DNA of 63,921 bases, the filler included, from Octopus bimaculoides (lineage: Eukaryota), in assembly GCF_001194135.2 (NCBI RefSeq). It is 6 parts of 6 records of this genome, joined end to end, with 100 filler letters (N's around TTAATTAATTAA, not from the genome) between each part and the next. Parts side by side here need not be neighbours in the genome. Positions count along the whole stretch, not along the records: positions 43,263 to 59,960 come from NC_069003.1; positions 60,061 to 63,921 come from NC_068981.1; 4 more parts are not named here. One strand, written 5' to 3'. The notes under the pieces were generated by a model. That model was not told where the DNA came from. It made no database searches and worked only from the letters and a program-made list of their open reading frames with translations. Below, in pieces: positions 52,505-63,921 of this stretch; the first letter of the stretch is position 1, and each line of letters starts with the position of its first letter. The position numbers and the translations under genes are program-made.

Positions 52505-52964
52505 GCATTTCGTCTCTCTTTACGTTCTGAGTTCAAATTCCGCCGAGGTCGACTTCGCCTGTCATCCTTTCAGAGTCGATAAAATAAGTCCCAGTCAAGC
52601 TCTGGGGGTCGATGTAATTGACTTAACCCCGCTTTCCCGAAATTGCAGGCCTTGTGCTAAAATTTCAAACCATCATCGGGTGAATGAAATAAGTATCAGT
52701 CAAACACTGGGGTCGACCTAATCGACTGGCCCCTCCTCCAGAACTTCAGGCGAGCTGGAAGAATCGTTAGCACGCCGGACGAAATGCTTAGCGATATTTT
52801 GTCCGTCTTTAGGTTCTGAGTTCAAATTCCACCGAGGTCGACTCTGCTTTTCATCCTTTCGGGGTCGATAAATTAAGTACCAGTGAAACACTGGGGTCCA
52901 TGTAATCGACTAGTCCCCTCCCCTAAAAGTTCAGGCCTTGTGCCTTTAGTAGAAAGGATTATTA
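52505..52964 (+). mobile_element. Cluster of SINE family C copies (52505-52678, fragment 52690-52745, full 52748-52964)
   Basis: Repeated GTTCTGAGTTCAAATTCC.CCGAGGTCGAC..CATCCTTTC.GGGTCGATAAA.TAAGT.CCAG. Confidence 0.9.
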
Positions 52965-53098
52965 GGAATTGTATAAAGGATTGTTTTAAAATTCGGTGTA
53001 TTGTAGGAGAATAACCAGTTTATGTGCAGCTAAATTTTAACAACAAAACCGTATATGGACCTTCAAGGGTCATATGAGCCCCGGTTGATAACCACTGC
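52965..53098. mobile_element. Right-end fragment of a hAT-like MITE (matching left-end fragment at 48926-48965)
   Basis: Ends GGTTGATAACCACTG (reverse CAGTGGTTATCAACC); 48926 reads CAAAGGTTCTCGACCATTTTT..TGGACCC. Confidence 0.5.
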
Positions 53099-54004
53099 AT
53101 TAGAACGTAGGGAAAATGCTTTGCGACATTTTTCCGATACCGCTTTCTAGGTTCAAATACGGCTGGGTCAGCTTCGCGTCTCATCTTTTTAGGGTCGCTA
53201 AAATAAGCACTAGTTAGACTAATACTGGGGCTGATGGAATCGATTAAACTTTGGTTAATCGATTAATCGATTAATCGATTAACTCCATGGCCTTTGAAAC
53301 TAAAGGGTACCAAGGCAGCGTAATCGTTAGCTGAGTTCAAGTTCGATTTGCTGTCCTCCATTCGGGGTCGATAACATAAGTACCAGCTGAACACTGGGGT
53401 TTTCCGAAATTGCAACCAAAGTTATGCCGGTCCTTATAAGGGAATAAAATAACTACCACTAGGAACAGAAACTGTCCCTTTGGTTCTATTAGCCGAAGCT
53501 TTACCGTCTGTACTACGCAACCAGGATATTCTGCAATTTCTCAGTTTATATAACACTCGGTATTAACCTCTTTGAAGTTACAACGTTGCCATTTCAATGT
53601 CATTTTCTTTTTTTATCCTTTTTCTTTTTTCTTTTTTTCTTCTTTATTCTTTATACTCACTGTTTACCTTTCTTGTTCTTTTTTCTCTTCTCTCTGTACT
53701 TTCTTCATTTCCTTCATTGATATCTATCTATCTATCTATCTATCATTTATTCATATCGTCTAATTTTTTTCTTCTATCAATCTTTCATCACTGCACACTT
53801 ATTGCTCTACTTTGTCACCCCTCCCTTCCTTCCTACTTCTGTCTCTCTGTCTCTGTATCTCTCTCTCTATCTGTCTGTCTCTCTCTGTCTGTCTCTCTCT
53901 CTCTGTCTCTCTCTCTCTCTGTGTCTCTCTCGACAAATTCGTAACTAAAAAGAAAATCTATACTGAAGTATTTACATCGTTCATGTGTTACTGTACATGA
54001 AATG

Positions 54005-54043
<39 letters not shown>

Positions 54044-54375
54044 ATATATATAGCTAGTTATATGTTTGTGCCCTCAATCACATAGAAACATAAAGCAATG
54101 ACCGAATGAAGGACCCAATCTGAAAAGCCCTCAATAGATGAAACAACGTAGGTATTCTCAATCGTTACACACACATACATACACAACACACACACACATT
54201 ATCTTCACAGGCAACAAGACTTCGCCTCTTCAACATCACTTTCTCTATCACTTTTCTTTCTCTCTCTCCCTCTCTCTCATTCTTTCTACCTCTCTTTTCT
54301 CTTACGCCACTCTATTTCTGCTTCACCACTCGTAGACAGAGAATGGTCTCTGTTCGTTTGGCTCTCTCTCTCTCT

Positions 54376-54580
54376 CTCTCTCTCCCTCCAACTTTCTGTC
54401 TTGCCCTCTGTCTCACTCTTTCTCTCTCTCTCTCTCCCTCCAACTTTCTGTCTTGCCCTCTGTCTCACTCTTTCTCGCTCTCTCTCCCTCCAACTTTCTG
54501 TCTTGCCCTCTGTCTCACTCTTTCTCACTCTCTCTCCCTCCAACTTTCTGTCTTGCCCTCTGTCTCACTCTTTCTAGCTC
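54376..54580. repeat. 50-52-bp pyrimidine-rich minisatellite, 4 copies
   Basis: CCAACTTTCTGTCTTGCCCTCTGTCTCACTCTTTCT recurs at 54388, 54440, 54490 and 54540. Confidence 0.93.
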
Positions 54581-55120
54581 TCTCTCCTTCTCTAACTCTC
54601 TCTTCCCGAGGTGTTTATATATCTCCCTTTCTCATCGTTCTTCTCTTATTCAGTTTTTTTTCTTCCATGTCTTTCTTCTTCTTCTTCTTCTTCTGCTGTG
54701 CACGAGTCTGTCCGTCTACATGTATGCATGCATGTATGTATGTATGTATGTATGTATGTATGTATGTACACATACACACACATATATATGAATGTGCATA
54801 CGTGTGTGTCTGCATGTATGTGCTTGTGCGTGTGTGTGTGTGTGTGTGTGTTATGATTTGCACGTCAGCTGCCACTGCTAATGCACCGGTCAACATCGTT
54901 CGCGCAGTAACTGCTCTCACCAATACACACCGAACAATTGCAATACATTTGAAACTAAGACTCAGTCGGTTCCATCTAATCCCTCTCAACCGATGACGAA
55001 TGGTTCGCTTTTATCTCGACTTGTTTATATACTCCTTGTCTGGCACTTAATGGCATTATGGCGGCGAGAAGATTGGTGGCGGTCCTTTTGTGAGTTGGCG
55101 TTCATCTCCGGCGCACGGAC

Positions 55121-55160
<40 letters not shown>

Positions 55161-56307
55161 AAGACTTAGGCATGCTGTACATATAGACGCATTCACACAC
55201 ACACATATACACACACACACGTATATACACAGTCAAACACACATACCCGTATATATACACAATCAAGCATACACACATATATACACAGGCAAACGAATAT
55301 ATATACACAGGCATACACACACACACATACACACAGGCAAACGCATCAATATATGTACACTGGTGAACATATACAGACATACACATACACTCACACACGC
55401 ATACACACACGCATACACACACACACATATAAGATATGCACACGCGCACGAATGCGCACACTTGCAAAGTTACTCATATACATATAGACACATTATGTTC
55501 CTTTGGTGCACAAATAAAAGAATGACCGAGGAGAGAGGGGGGAGGGGGGAGATTGGGGAAGCAGGAGTACTTAGTACATGAAATAAAGTTTATTTATAAT
55601 GATCTTTCCGTCGCTCACCGAATTTTTCNNNNNNNNNNNNNNNNNNNNNNNNNNNNNNNNNNNNNNNNNNNNNNNNNNNNNNNNNNNNNNNNNNNNNNNN
55701 NNNNNNNNNNNNNNNNNNNNNNNNNNNNNNNNNNNNNNNNNNNNNNNNNNNNNNNNNNNNNNNNNNNNNNNNNNNNNNNNNNNNNNNNNNNNNNNNNNNN
55801 NNNNNNNNNNNNNNNNNNNNNNNNNNNNNNNNNNNNNNNNNNNNNNNNNNNNNNNNNNNNNNNNNNNNNNNNNNNNNNNNNNNNNNNNNNNNNNNNNNNN
55901 NNNNNNNNNNNNNNNNNNNNNNNNNNNNNNNNNNNNNNNNNNNNNNNNNNNNNNNNNNNNNNNNNNNNNNNNNNNNNNNNNNNNNNNNNNNNNNNNNNNN
56001 NNNNNNNNNNNNNNNNNNNNNNNNNNNNNNNNNNNNNNNNNNNNNNNNNNNNNNNNNNNNNNNNNNNNNNNNNNNNNNNNNNNNNNNNNNNNNNNNNNNN
56101 NNNNNNNNNNNNNNNNNNNNNNNNNNNNNNNNNNNNNNNNNNNNNNNNNNNNNNNNNNNNNNNNNNNNNNNNNNNNNNNNNNNNNNNNNNNNNNNNNNNN
56201 NNNNNNNNNNNNNNNNNNNNNNNNNNNNNNNNNNNNNNNNNNNNNNNNNNNNNNNNNNNNNNNNNNNNNNNNNNNNNNNNNNNNNNNNNNNNNNNNNNNN
56301 NNNNNNN

Positions 56308-56400
56308 GTTTGGTTTTGTGCCTAGGAAGAACACTACAGTTGCTATCTTCCTAGTGAGACAGTGCCAAAGCAGTGTATCGGAGAGGAAAAATACATTTTC
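56308..56400 (+). mobile_element. RTE-like LINE reverse transcriptase fragment
   Basis: FGFVPRKNTTVAIFLVRQ resembles the RTE motif QFGF.PG.STTDAIF.VRQ; truncated by a gap. Confidence 0.7.
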
Positions 56401-56470
56401 ATTGCATCACTATATTGCCACACGGCTACATTACAACAGCGGCGTAAAATTTGAAGCTTGCGAGCACTCA

Positions 56471-56520
<50 letters not shown>

Positions 56521-56982
56521 GTGTGGCAGTCGGGTATTACAAAGGAGTAAATTTAAAACTTGAAGAAAATAACAGGCTTTCATTTAGTAAATAAACCAGG
56601 TTCCGTCCCTTTAGAAAGTTTTGTGGGAGTTGTTGAGTTCAACTGAAGTAAACCTGGGTGGCACACAAAGATACAAGTAAATAAAATTGGTTTTGATGTC
56701 TAGCGGAGCATAATGTCTTATTGTGTTCACCACACTGTTTTCAATATCACACACACACACACACACACAGAGACAGACAGGCGTACACATGTTTATCTAG
56801 CTTCTCTCTTCCTTCTCTTTTTCTGCCTGTCTCTGTCTGTGTCTATATTTCCGTATATACGTGTTTGTATGCATGTGTACAAATATACGTACGCACGCAA
56901 AGATGCAATTTGTAGTGTATCTGTCTATCTTTCTCCATGTACGTATGTATATATGTGTATAAGTACACACATACATACACAT

Positions 56983-57019
<37 letters not shown>

Positions 57020-57596
57020 TATGTATTTCTGTGTTTTGCGTTTGTGCATATGTGTAGTATCAGCGTGTGTGATTTCAAACGTCTTTCCGACACCTCTAAC
57101 TTCTTGTTGGTCGTCTTTGCACCTGAATAAGAGCATTGTTTGTTCAGGCGTGATCGGAGAATCGGGCAATCGGAGAATCAATACGAGACAGCGGGTAATG
57201 AACGAGAAGACTCAATGTTGTAGTTTAGTCTTCTTCTCAGACTTAACAAACACCCTGTATAATAAAGCCTTTCAGAACAATTGCCGAACAATTAACCTTC
57301 CTTCACGCAAATATCTACAGACATTGCCCCAACATTGATACCCCACACGAATTTCTACGAACATACAAGATGGCGAACGCTTTGTTTCCTATTCTGACCT
57401 GATAGGAGGCGTGAGATGGGGTTGCGTTACGTACGACGCAAAGCAAGCAACCGCCTCAGGCGCTAAATATCTGTTGATCTGTTGACGCCTCACAAATTCT
57501 GAACAACTTGGATAAAATTTCTTAACCCAGCTAAAAACGTGGGTTTTCAAAGAACGCGGAAAAAGAAATAAATAAAAATAAAAAACTTGTAACAAA

Positions 57597-57760
57597 TGGG
57601 CGCAGAAATAGCTATGTGGTTAAGATGCTCGCATTGCAGCCGCGTGAATTCGGGTTCATTCCCACTGTACAGCACCTTAGACAAGTAGCTTCTAGTATCG
57701 CCTCGGGCCGACCAATTCCTTGTGAATGAAGTTGGTAGACGGAAACTGTGTGGAAGCCAG
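57597..57760 (+). mobile_element. SINE family B, 5' half
   Basis: A box TAGCTATGTGG, B box GGGTTCATTCCC, CORE-like CACCTTAGACAAGT, CTCGGGCCGACC, GGTAGACGGAAACTG. Confidence 0.82.
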
Positions 57761-57921
57761 ACTTATCTATCTGTCTGTCTGTCTACCTGTCTGTCTGCCA
57801 GTCTGAGTAACTTTGTATATATCTTTGTATATGTCGGCCTATGTGTGTATTCATTTGTTAATATCGTTAATCTGGGTTGTTATGGTTCTTTATGCATTTT
57901 CACACTCTTATCATACAGGCT

Positions 57922-58124
57922 GGAACAAGGCCAGCAATTTCGTGTGGGAGACGATAGGTCGATCACATCGACCCTAGTGATCAATTGGTACTTATCTTAT
58001 CGACCCCGAGAGGATGAAACGCAAAGTCGACCTCGGCGGAATTTGAACTCAGAACGTAGCGACGGGCGAAGTACCACTAAGCATTTCGTCCAGCGTGCTT
58101 ACGATTCTGCCAGCTCGTCGCCTT
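57922..58124 (-). mobile_element. SINE family C, full length
   Basis: Well-conserved body and head; (TAA)n immediately upstream of the head. Confidence 0.9.
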
Positions 58125-58133
58125 AATAATAAC

Positions 58134-58199
<66 letters not shown>

Positions 58200-59148
58200 G
58201 CCGCAGCCTTTAATTCGTCCATTTTTAGTTAATGGCAAAGGGGTCTTTGTATAGGTATATGGCTTTTTAGGTTTCACCCCCTTGAATGGAGTAGATTAAA
58301 TAAGGAAAAACTAAAATAAATAATAACTACGTGAATACGGTCAGTTGTGTATACGTATCTGTAAGTTTTAGGTTTCTACATATGCAAATGTGAAAGCAAA
58401 TAATTATGAGGCATGACAATAATAAATAGCACGGCACGTCGTCGCGGCTTGTAATCTCCAACGATGGACCAACTCCGAGTGCTGGCTAATCAAAACATGA
58501 TAGTTTTCCCATAAAAATCATTCAGTCCTTAAATAGATTCTATAGAAAGACATGTTGTTAAACATCGTAAGATCTATAGTCCCCTATAATTGCACTGACA
58601 ATCAACACAACAGGCTGGTGGGTGACATAGTTAAACCGTCTGACAAGATTCTAAACATCCTGACGTTCGTCCAACACAGCTCCATATTTAACGCGCGGTG
58701 TTGTTCGATTCAAGTGAATCGACGGATAACACACTGCGGTAGTACGAAGTTGGTGAGACAATATTTGCCAGCTACATTGTTCTAGAAAAAAACAACTTGA
58801 CATCTATCTATAATATAATAACTACAGTTGATAATAAATACTAGGCTGTCAATACAAGTTTTTAGTTTACCCAGCCGTATCTGCCGAGTGAAAAAAAAAA
58901 ACAAAAAAAACTTCTTTAAAAATGGCGCTGTTATTTTAACAAATTTGTTTTCTTGGAGAGACAGTTACTTCATTGTTGGGAAGATACACAATAAAACTGA
59001 TGTGATATCTTGTGCCTTACTTGCTGCGGTATATCTGCATTACTATAGTGACTAACTCAGTGATTATCAACTAATTTTTGCTTACTTCAATTTATAAAAA
59101 AGGAAAAAGAGAACGTTCGTCATAATATGAACGAAGTTAGTACGTGGC

Positions 59149-59224
<76 letters not shown>

Positions 59225-59239
59225 TTATCTATCTGTCTG

Positions 59240-59332
<93 letters not shown>

Positions 59333-59714
59333 GCCTGTCTGTCTGTCTGTCTGTCTATTTCAAGAAACAATACTAGTTGACTACTCGTTTTAATAAATCT
59401 GCAAAAGGAAGTCAATTGGGTCGCTGGCTAATTAAGAAATTCCAATTAAAAGTTGTTAATGAAATACTGAAACTCTTTAAAACATTCATGAAATACAACC
59501 CGCAATTGCTGCTTGTCTACAATTATTGTCATAAACTAGTTGAGATCTAGGCTTACAACCTGCAGACGTAGCTGGTCTCCTATCCTATAGAAGCTGAAGC
59601 TTTCATTTAATAGTATTAAGAACAGAGTAATTAGAACATCGGAAATATTGCTTTATGTCTATAGTTTTGGTATGGCTACTTTGCTTTTCATCCTTATATA
59701 CATATATACATACA

Positions 59715-59750
<36 letters not shown>

Positions 59751-61689
59751 TGAAGCTCGTCGAAACGCCGGTGTTAAAACGTGGGTAGCTGATGAAGTAG
59801 AATGTTCTCTATGTGGCTCGTGTGTTCTCGTCTACGTTTGTTTGCAATGTCCTGTACCCAGATATGCACCTATACATACAGGTGGATGTCGGTATGCACA
59901 TACCTGTACGTATAGATGCATATACTCATTTACTTTTGTTTATATATATATATATATATANNNNNNNNNNNNNNNNNNNNNNNNNNNNNNNNNNNNNNNN
60001 NNNNTTAATTAATTAANNNNNNNNNNNNNNNNNNNNNNNNNNNNNNNNNNNNNNNNNNNNATATATATATATATATATATATATATAGTGTGTGTACCTG
60101 TGCGCACATACGCACAAACACACACTCACACACATAAACGCACACAACAACACACTTACTCTCCTACACACATGCACACATGAAACATATATACAGAAAT
60201 AACTGGCAAAAAAGTCACCCCCACCCCCCACCTCACAAAATAAAATGTCTCAAAAATTCACCTCATGTTCTATAAATGAAGTTAGGCCTATCTTACATCC
60301 TTTAATGCACTAAAAGCTTTCTTTTTTACTTGAATATGCGCTGCTGAAATTGAGATACATCTAAGATGCCCGTCAAATACGGTAATTATTCTTAGTTGAT
60401 GATTCACTGCGTCACTGCTCCGAGTTGCTCACATTTGTGCCGTTCTGGTGAGAGGATTAATGAAACGTTTAAAGGGCTGTGATTATAAGTTATTATACCC
60501 CCTAGTTATTTTTCATTAGTCATCTTTGGTTAGATAATATTATTTGTACAACTTCAGCTATTGTTTCTAATTTATTCGTTGATCGGGAGATCTGATGACT
60601 GTCAATCTTCGTTTAAACACTTAATCAAGTTGGGATTAAAAATTAAATATAAGATAAAGAATATTCTACATAACCCACAGTAAAGAACAAGCTAAGTCTC
60701 TGAATAATATTTCTTATGAATCCATGACACAGTAATCACTCGGTAGATACATAAATATTTATATTGTTATACTGATTACGCAGACAGCAAATCCCGTTAC
60801 TGCAATTCTCGTCAGCTAGAGATTTGCGGTTAGATTGTTTCATCTCTGTTCGATAATTCATCTTTTATTTGTTTATACATTTATCAATTTATTTGTTTGT
60901 ATGTTTATTCATTTACTTTTTTCTTTTATCTTGTATTTACAAATCTATACTAAATGGTATTGTTTACACAAAAAAATTTTTGAATTTTTCTTATGAATTT
61001 TATTCTTGCTCTCTATACTTTACGCACTGTTGTTCATCTATTCATTTTTATTTAGCCATCCATCATGCTTGCAATTGTAGATTATCACACAAATCTCATT
61101 GTAATTATATTTTAGATGTCCCCATCAACTCATCAACATTTTGTTGAATCTATATTATTGCAGATTCGTAGTCCATTGCTATATATTTGTAAAGCTGTGT
61201 TAGATAAGGTGGGTGAGACGGGAGAGTTGCTAGAGAATCGAATAGAATGAATGCCTTGTGGTATTTGTTACGACTCTCTTAGCCTTGAGTTCCAATCCCA
61301 TCAACTTCAATATTGCTTCTCATCATTTTGGCATTGTGAGCACTGGATTGGCAGACGATATCTGTTCCAGTTCTTTGGGTTCTGAAATAAATTCTACAAT
61401 TTATTGAGGTTCCATCAATAATAGTTTTATGGGCGTGTCCAATGTAAAATAGCAACTACCTATGGTAGTTAAGTCAAAGAAACCTACATGGCATGAGTTA
61501 ATCAGAAGAGTGTGTGACAAGCGTTTTGTTTTCATTATTTACGTGTGTGCAGCGAATGTATGTATGTGTATATATAAATAAATATGCGTGTGTGAGTGTG
61601 TGTATAGATAGATAGAGACAGAGAGAGGGGGGATTTCTTATTACACTCTGTTTTCGAGTAACACTTTTTTCCCAAACATATTATATTGA

Positions 61690-61900
61690 TTTCAAATTTT
61701 GGCACAAAGCCATCAATTTTGAGGGAAGGGGTAAGTCGATTACATTGACCCCAGTGTTCAACTGGTATTTATTTTATCGACCTCGAAAGCATGGAAGGCA
61801 AGATCGACCTCAGTGGAAATTGAAGTCAGAATGTAACGACAGACGAAATGCCGCTAAGCATTTTGCCTGGCTTGCTAACGATTCTACCGGTTCACGGTCT
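61690..61900 (-). mobile_element. SINE family C, full length
   Basis: Same layout as 16027 and 57922. Confidence 0.85.
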
Positions 61901-62150
61901 TGCTCTGGCATATGATATTGAGTTCTAAAACCAGGTTATTAGTATCGCAATATANNNNNNNNNNNNNNNNNNNNNNNNNNNNNNNNNNNNNNNNNNNNNN
62001 NNNNNNNNNNNNNNNNNNNNNNNNNNNNNNNNNNNNNNNNNNNNNNNNNNNNNNNNNNNNNNNNNNNNNNNNNNNNNNNNNNNNNNNNNNNNNNNNNNNN
62101 NNNNNNNNNNNNNNNNATGTATTTATATGTGTATGTATGTGCATATGCGT

Positions 62151-62527
62151 GGAGGCGCAATGGCCCAGTGGTTAGGGCAGCGGACTCGCAGTCATAGGAT
62201 CGCGGTTTCGATTCCCAGACCGGGCGTTGTGAGTGTTTATTGAGCGAAAACACCTAAAGCTCTACGAGGCTCCGGCAGCAGATGGTGGCGAACCCTGCTG
62301 TACTCTTTCACCACAACTTTCTCTCACTCTTACTTCTGTTGTACCTGTAATTCAAAGGGTCAGCCTTGTCACACTGTGTCGCGCTGAATATCCCCGAGAA
62401 CTACGTTAAGGGTACACGTGTCTGTGGAATGCTCAGCCACTTGCACGTTAATTTCATGAGCAGGCTGTTTCGTTGATCGGATCAACTGGAACCCTCGACG
62501 TCGTAAACGATGTTTTGCCAACAACAA
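62151..62527 (+). mobile_element. tRNA-derived SINE family A, full length (~375 bp)
   Basis: A box TGGCCCAGTGG, B box GGTTTCGATTCCC, unique body, (CAA)n tail; no tRNA acceptor-stem 3' end. Confidence 0.88.
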
Positions 62528-63475
62528 TGCACATATGTGAATATTCGCTTTTACTTCATTACAAAATTATATCTAATTATACTATTGCTCTGCATGTAAA
62601 TAATTGTCATAATCATTGAGTTCTATGCAAATAACTTCTGCATAAATTATATTTTCTGTTGTATCTATGAGAACATATATACATATATGTGTGTGTGTTT
62701 GTATGTATATATATCTTAAATATATATATATATATATACATGTATAAGCATGTAATGATTATTTCTATAGACATGCACACACATAAACACATATACACAC
62801 AAATATATATAATATATATAACTGCATCTCCCTCCTTTCTCATGTGGTATTTGTAAGAGTACATGTGTATATACATGTATATACACATAATGCGTATTGC
62901 ATTACGCATAATGCACATTATATGCTAACAATATGACTCAGACATTTTGGCATTAGATATTTATTCGGCGAAATTTGATGAATCTATACTATAGAAAACA
63001 ACATTATAGAATTACACAAAAGAATGACCGTTTATCAGAGATCACGATAATATCCAAACGGGAAACATAAAAGCGGCGTCCATAGCATGGAATACTGCGA
63101 GGAACGTCCATGTAACATTTGATGCAAAACCTGCATCTTTTGTAACCTTATTATATTGAATGGTTACACTTGATTACGTAATAATTATGAAAGCGGTTTG
63201 GTTCTCAATGAAAGAATAGAAACAGTTTAACTGGAGTTTTAGATAGACGAAACAGTAGAAATGTTTTTAAGTGTTCATCTCTCGAATCAACTGAAATAAA
63301 GATAAGTGTTTTTGTTATACTACTTATATGAGTGACAAACAGACGTGGGTAGTTGTTCCGTATTTTATATAGTTAGAAATATCCATCAACTGGTGATAAT
63401 TTATGTTGATAGCAGGACTGGAAAATATAGCAAGTAGCGACCTTCATGTCTGTATCAAGTTGCTCTGCACTCCAT

Positions 63476-63532
<57 letters not shown>

Positions 63533-63533
63533 C

Positions 63534-63885
63534 CACTTCCTATTCATGGACAACTTGAAGTTATTCACAAAAAGTGAGGCAGAACTTAACAGCCTAGTCC
63601 AGTTTGTGCAGATTTTCTCTACTGATATTAAGACGGAGTTTGGGCTCTCAAAATGTGCTACGACGGTGATGAGACGAGGAAAGCTTGTCAGGATAGAAGA
63701 CATAGGATTCCCAAGTGGTAAAATGATGAAGGCAATTCAACCTCAGTAAATAACTGTAAATAACTGGGAATACTTGAAGCAGATGGAATTAAACACAACA
63801 TGAAGGAAAAAGAGAGGACCTGCGACGAGTGAGAAAAATACTGGCTTCAAAGCTGAATACAAGAAACATGATTTCATTTTCGCAA
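63534..63885 (+). mobile_element. R4/Dong-like RT fragment, 5' junction in (TAA)n
   Basis: HFLFMDNLKLF (decayed HLLYMDDLKLY), FSTDIKTEFGLSKCA, LGILEADGIKH, RRVRKILASKLN. Confidence 0.88.
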
Positions 63886-63921
63886 GTCATTGATACATAT
63901 ATATATATATATATATATATA

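Noticed and set aside
53258-53283. (AATCGATT)n palindromic run
   Set aside because: Short slippage expansion inside a decayed SINE C copy.
62151-62225. tRNA gene
   Set aside because: A/B boxes are present, but there is no complete cloverleaf or terminator and the sequence continues into a SINE body and (CAA)n tail.

Overview
AT-rich, heavily gapped eukaryotic genomic DNA that is intronic or intergenic. The repeat families and microsatellite density suggest a coleoid cephalopod, probably Octopus (inference). No complete host gene is supported, and almost all ORFs in the track are read-throughs of microsatellites or N-gaps. The recognisable content is decayed retroelements: five R4/Dong-like RLE fragments, two CR1-like 3' ends, one L1/Tx1-like piece, one RTE RT piece and a 5'-truncated Neptune-like Penelope element. 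There are also many tRNA-derived SINEs from at least four families (my labels A-D), a hAT-like MITE, short Penelope-LTR-like repeats with hammerhead-like cores, and a 2x C2H2 zinc-finger segment ending at a good splice donor. The most unusual structure occurs twice, in two unrelated retroelement classes: the 5' truncation junction (70-95 bp of flank plus 130-140 bp of element) is copied as a 210-225 bp inverted repeat 1.3-4.1 kb downstream. Other leads are a CR1 LINE sharing its 3' tail with SINE B, (TAA)n-targeted insertions and a candidate micro-exon. All alignments and identities were done by eye.
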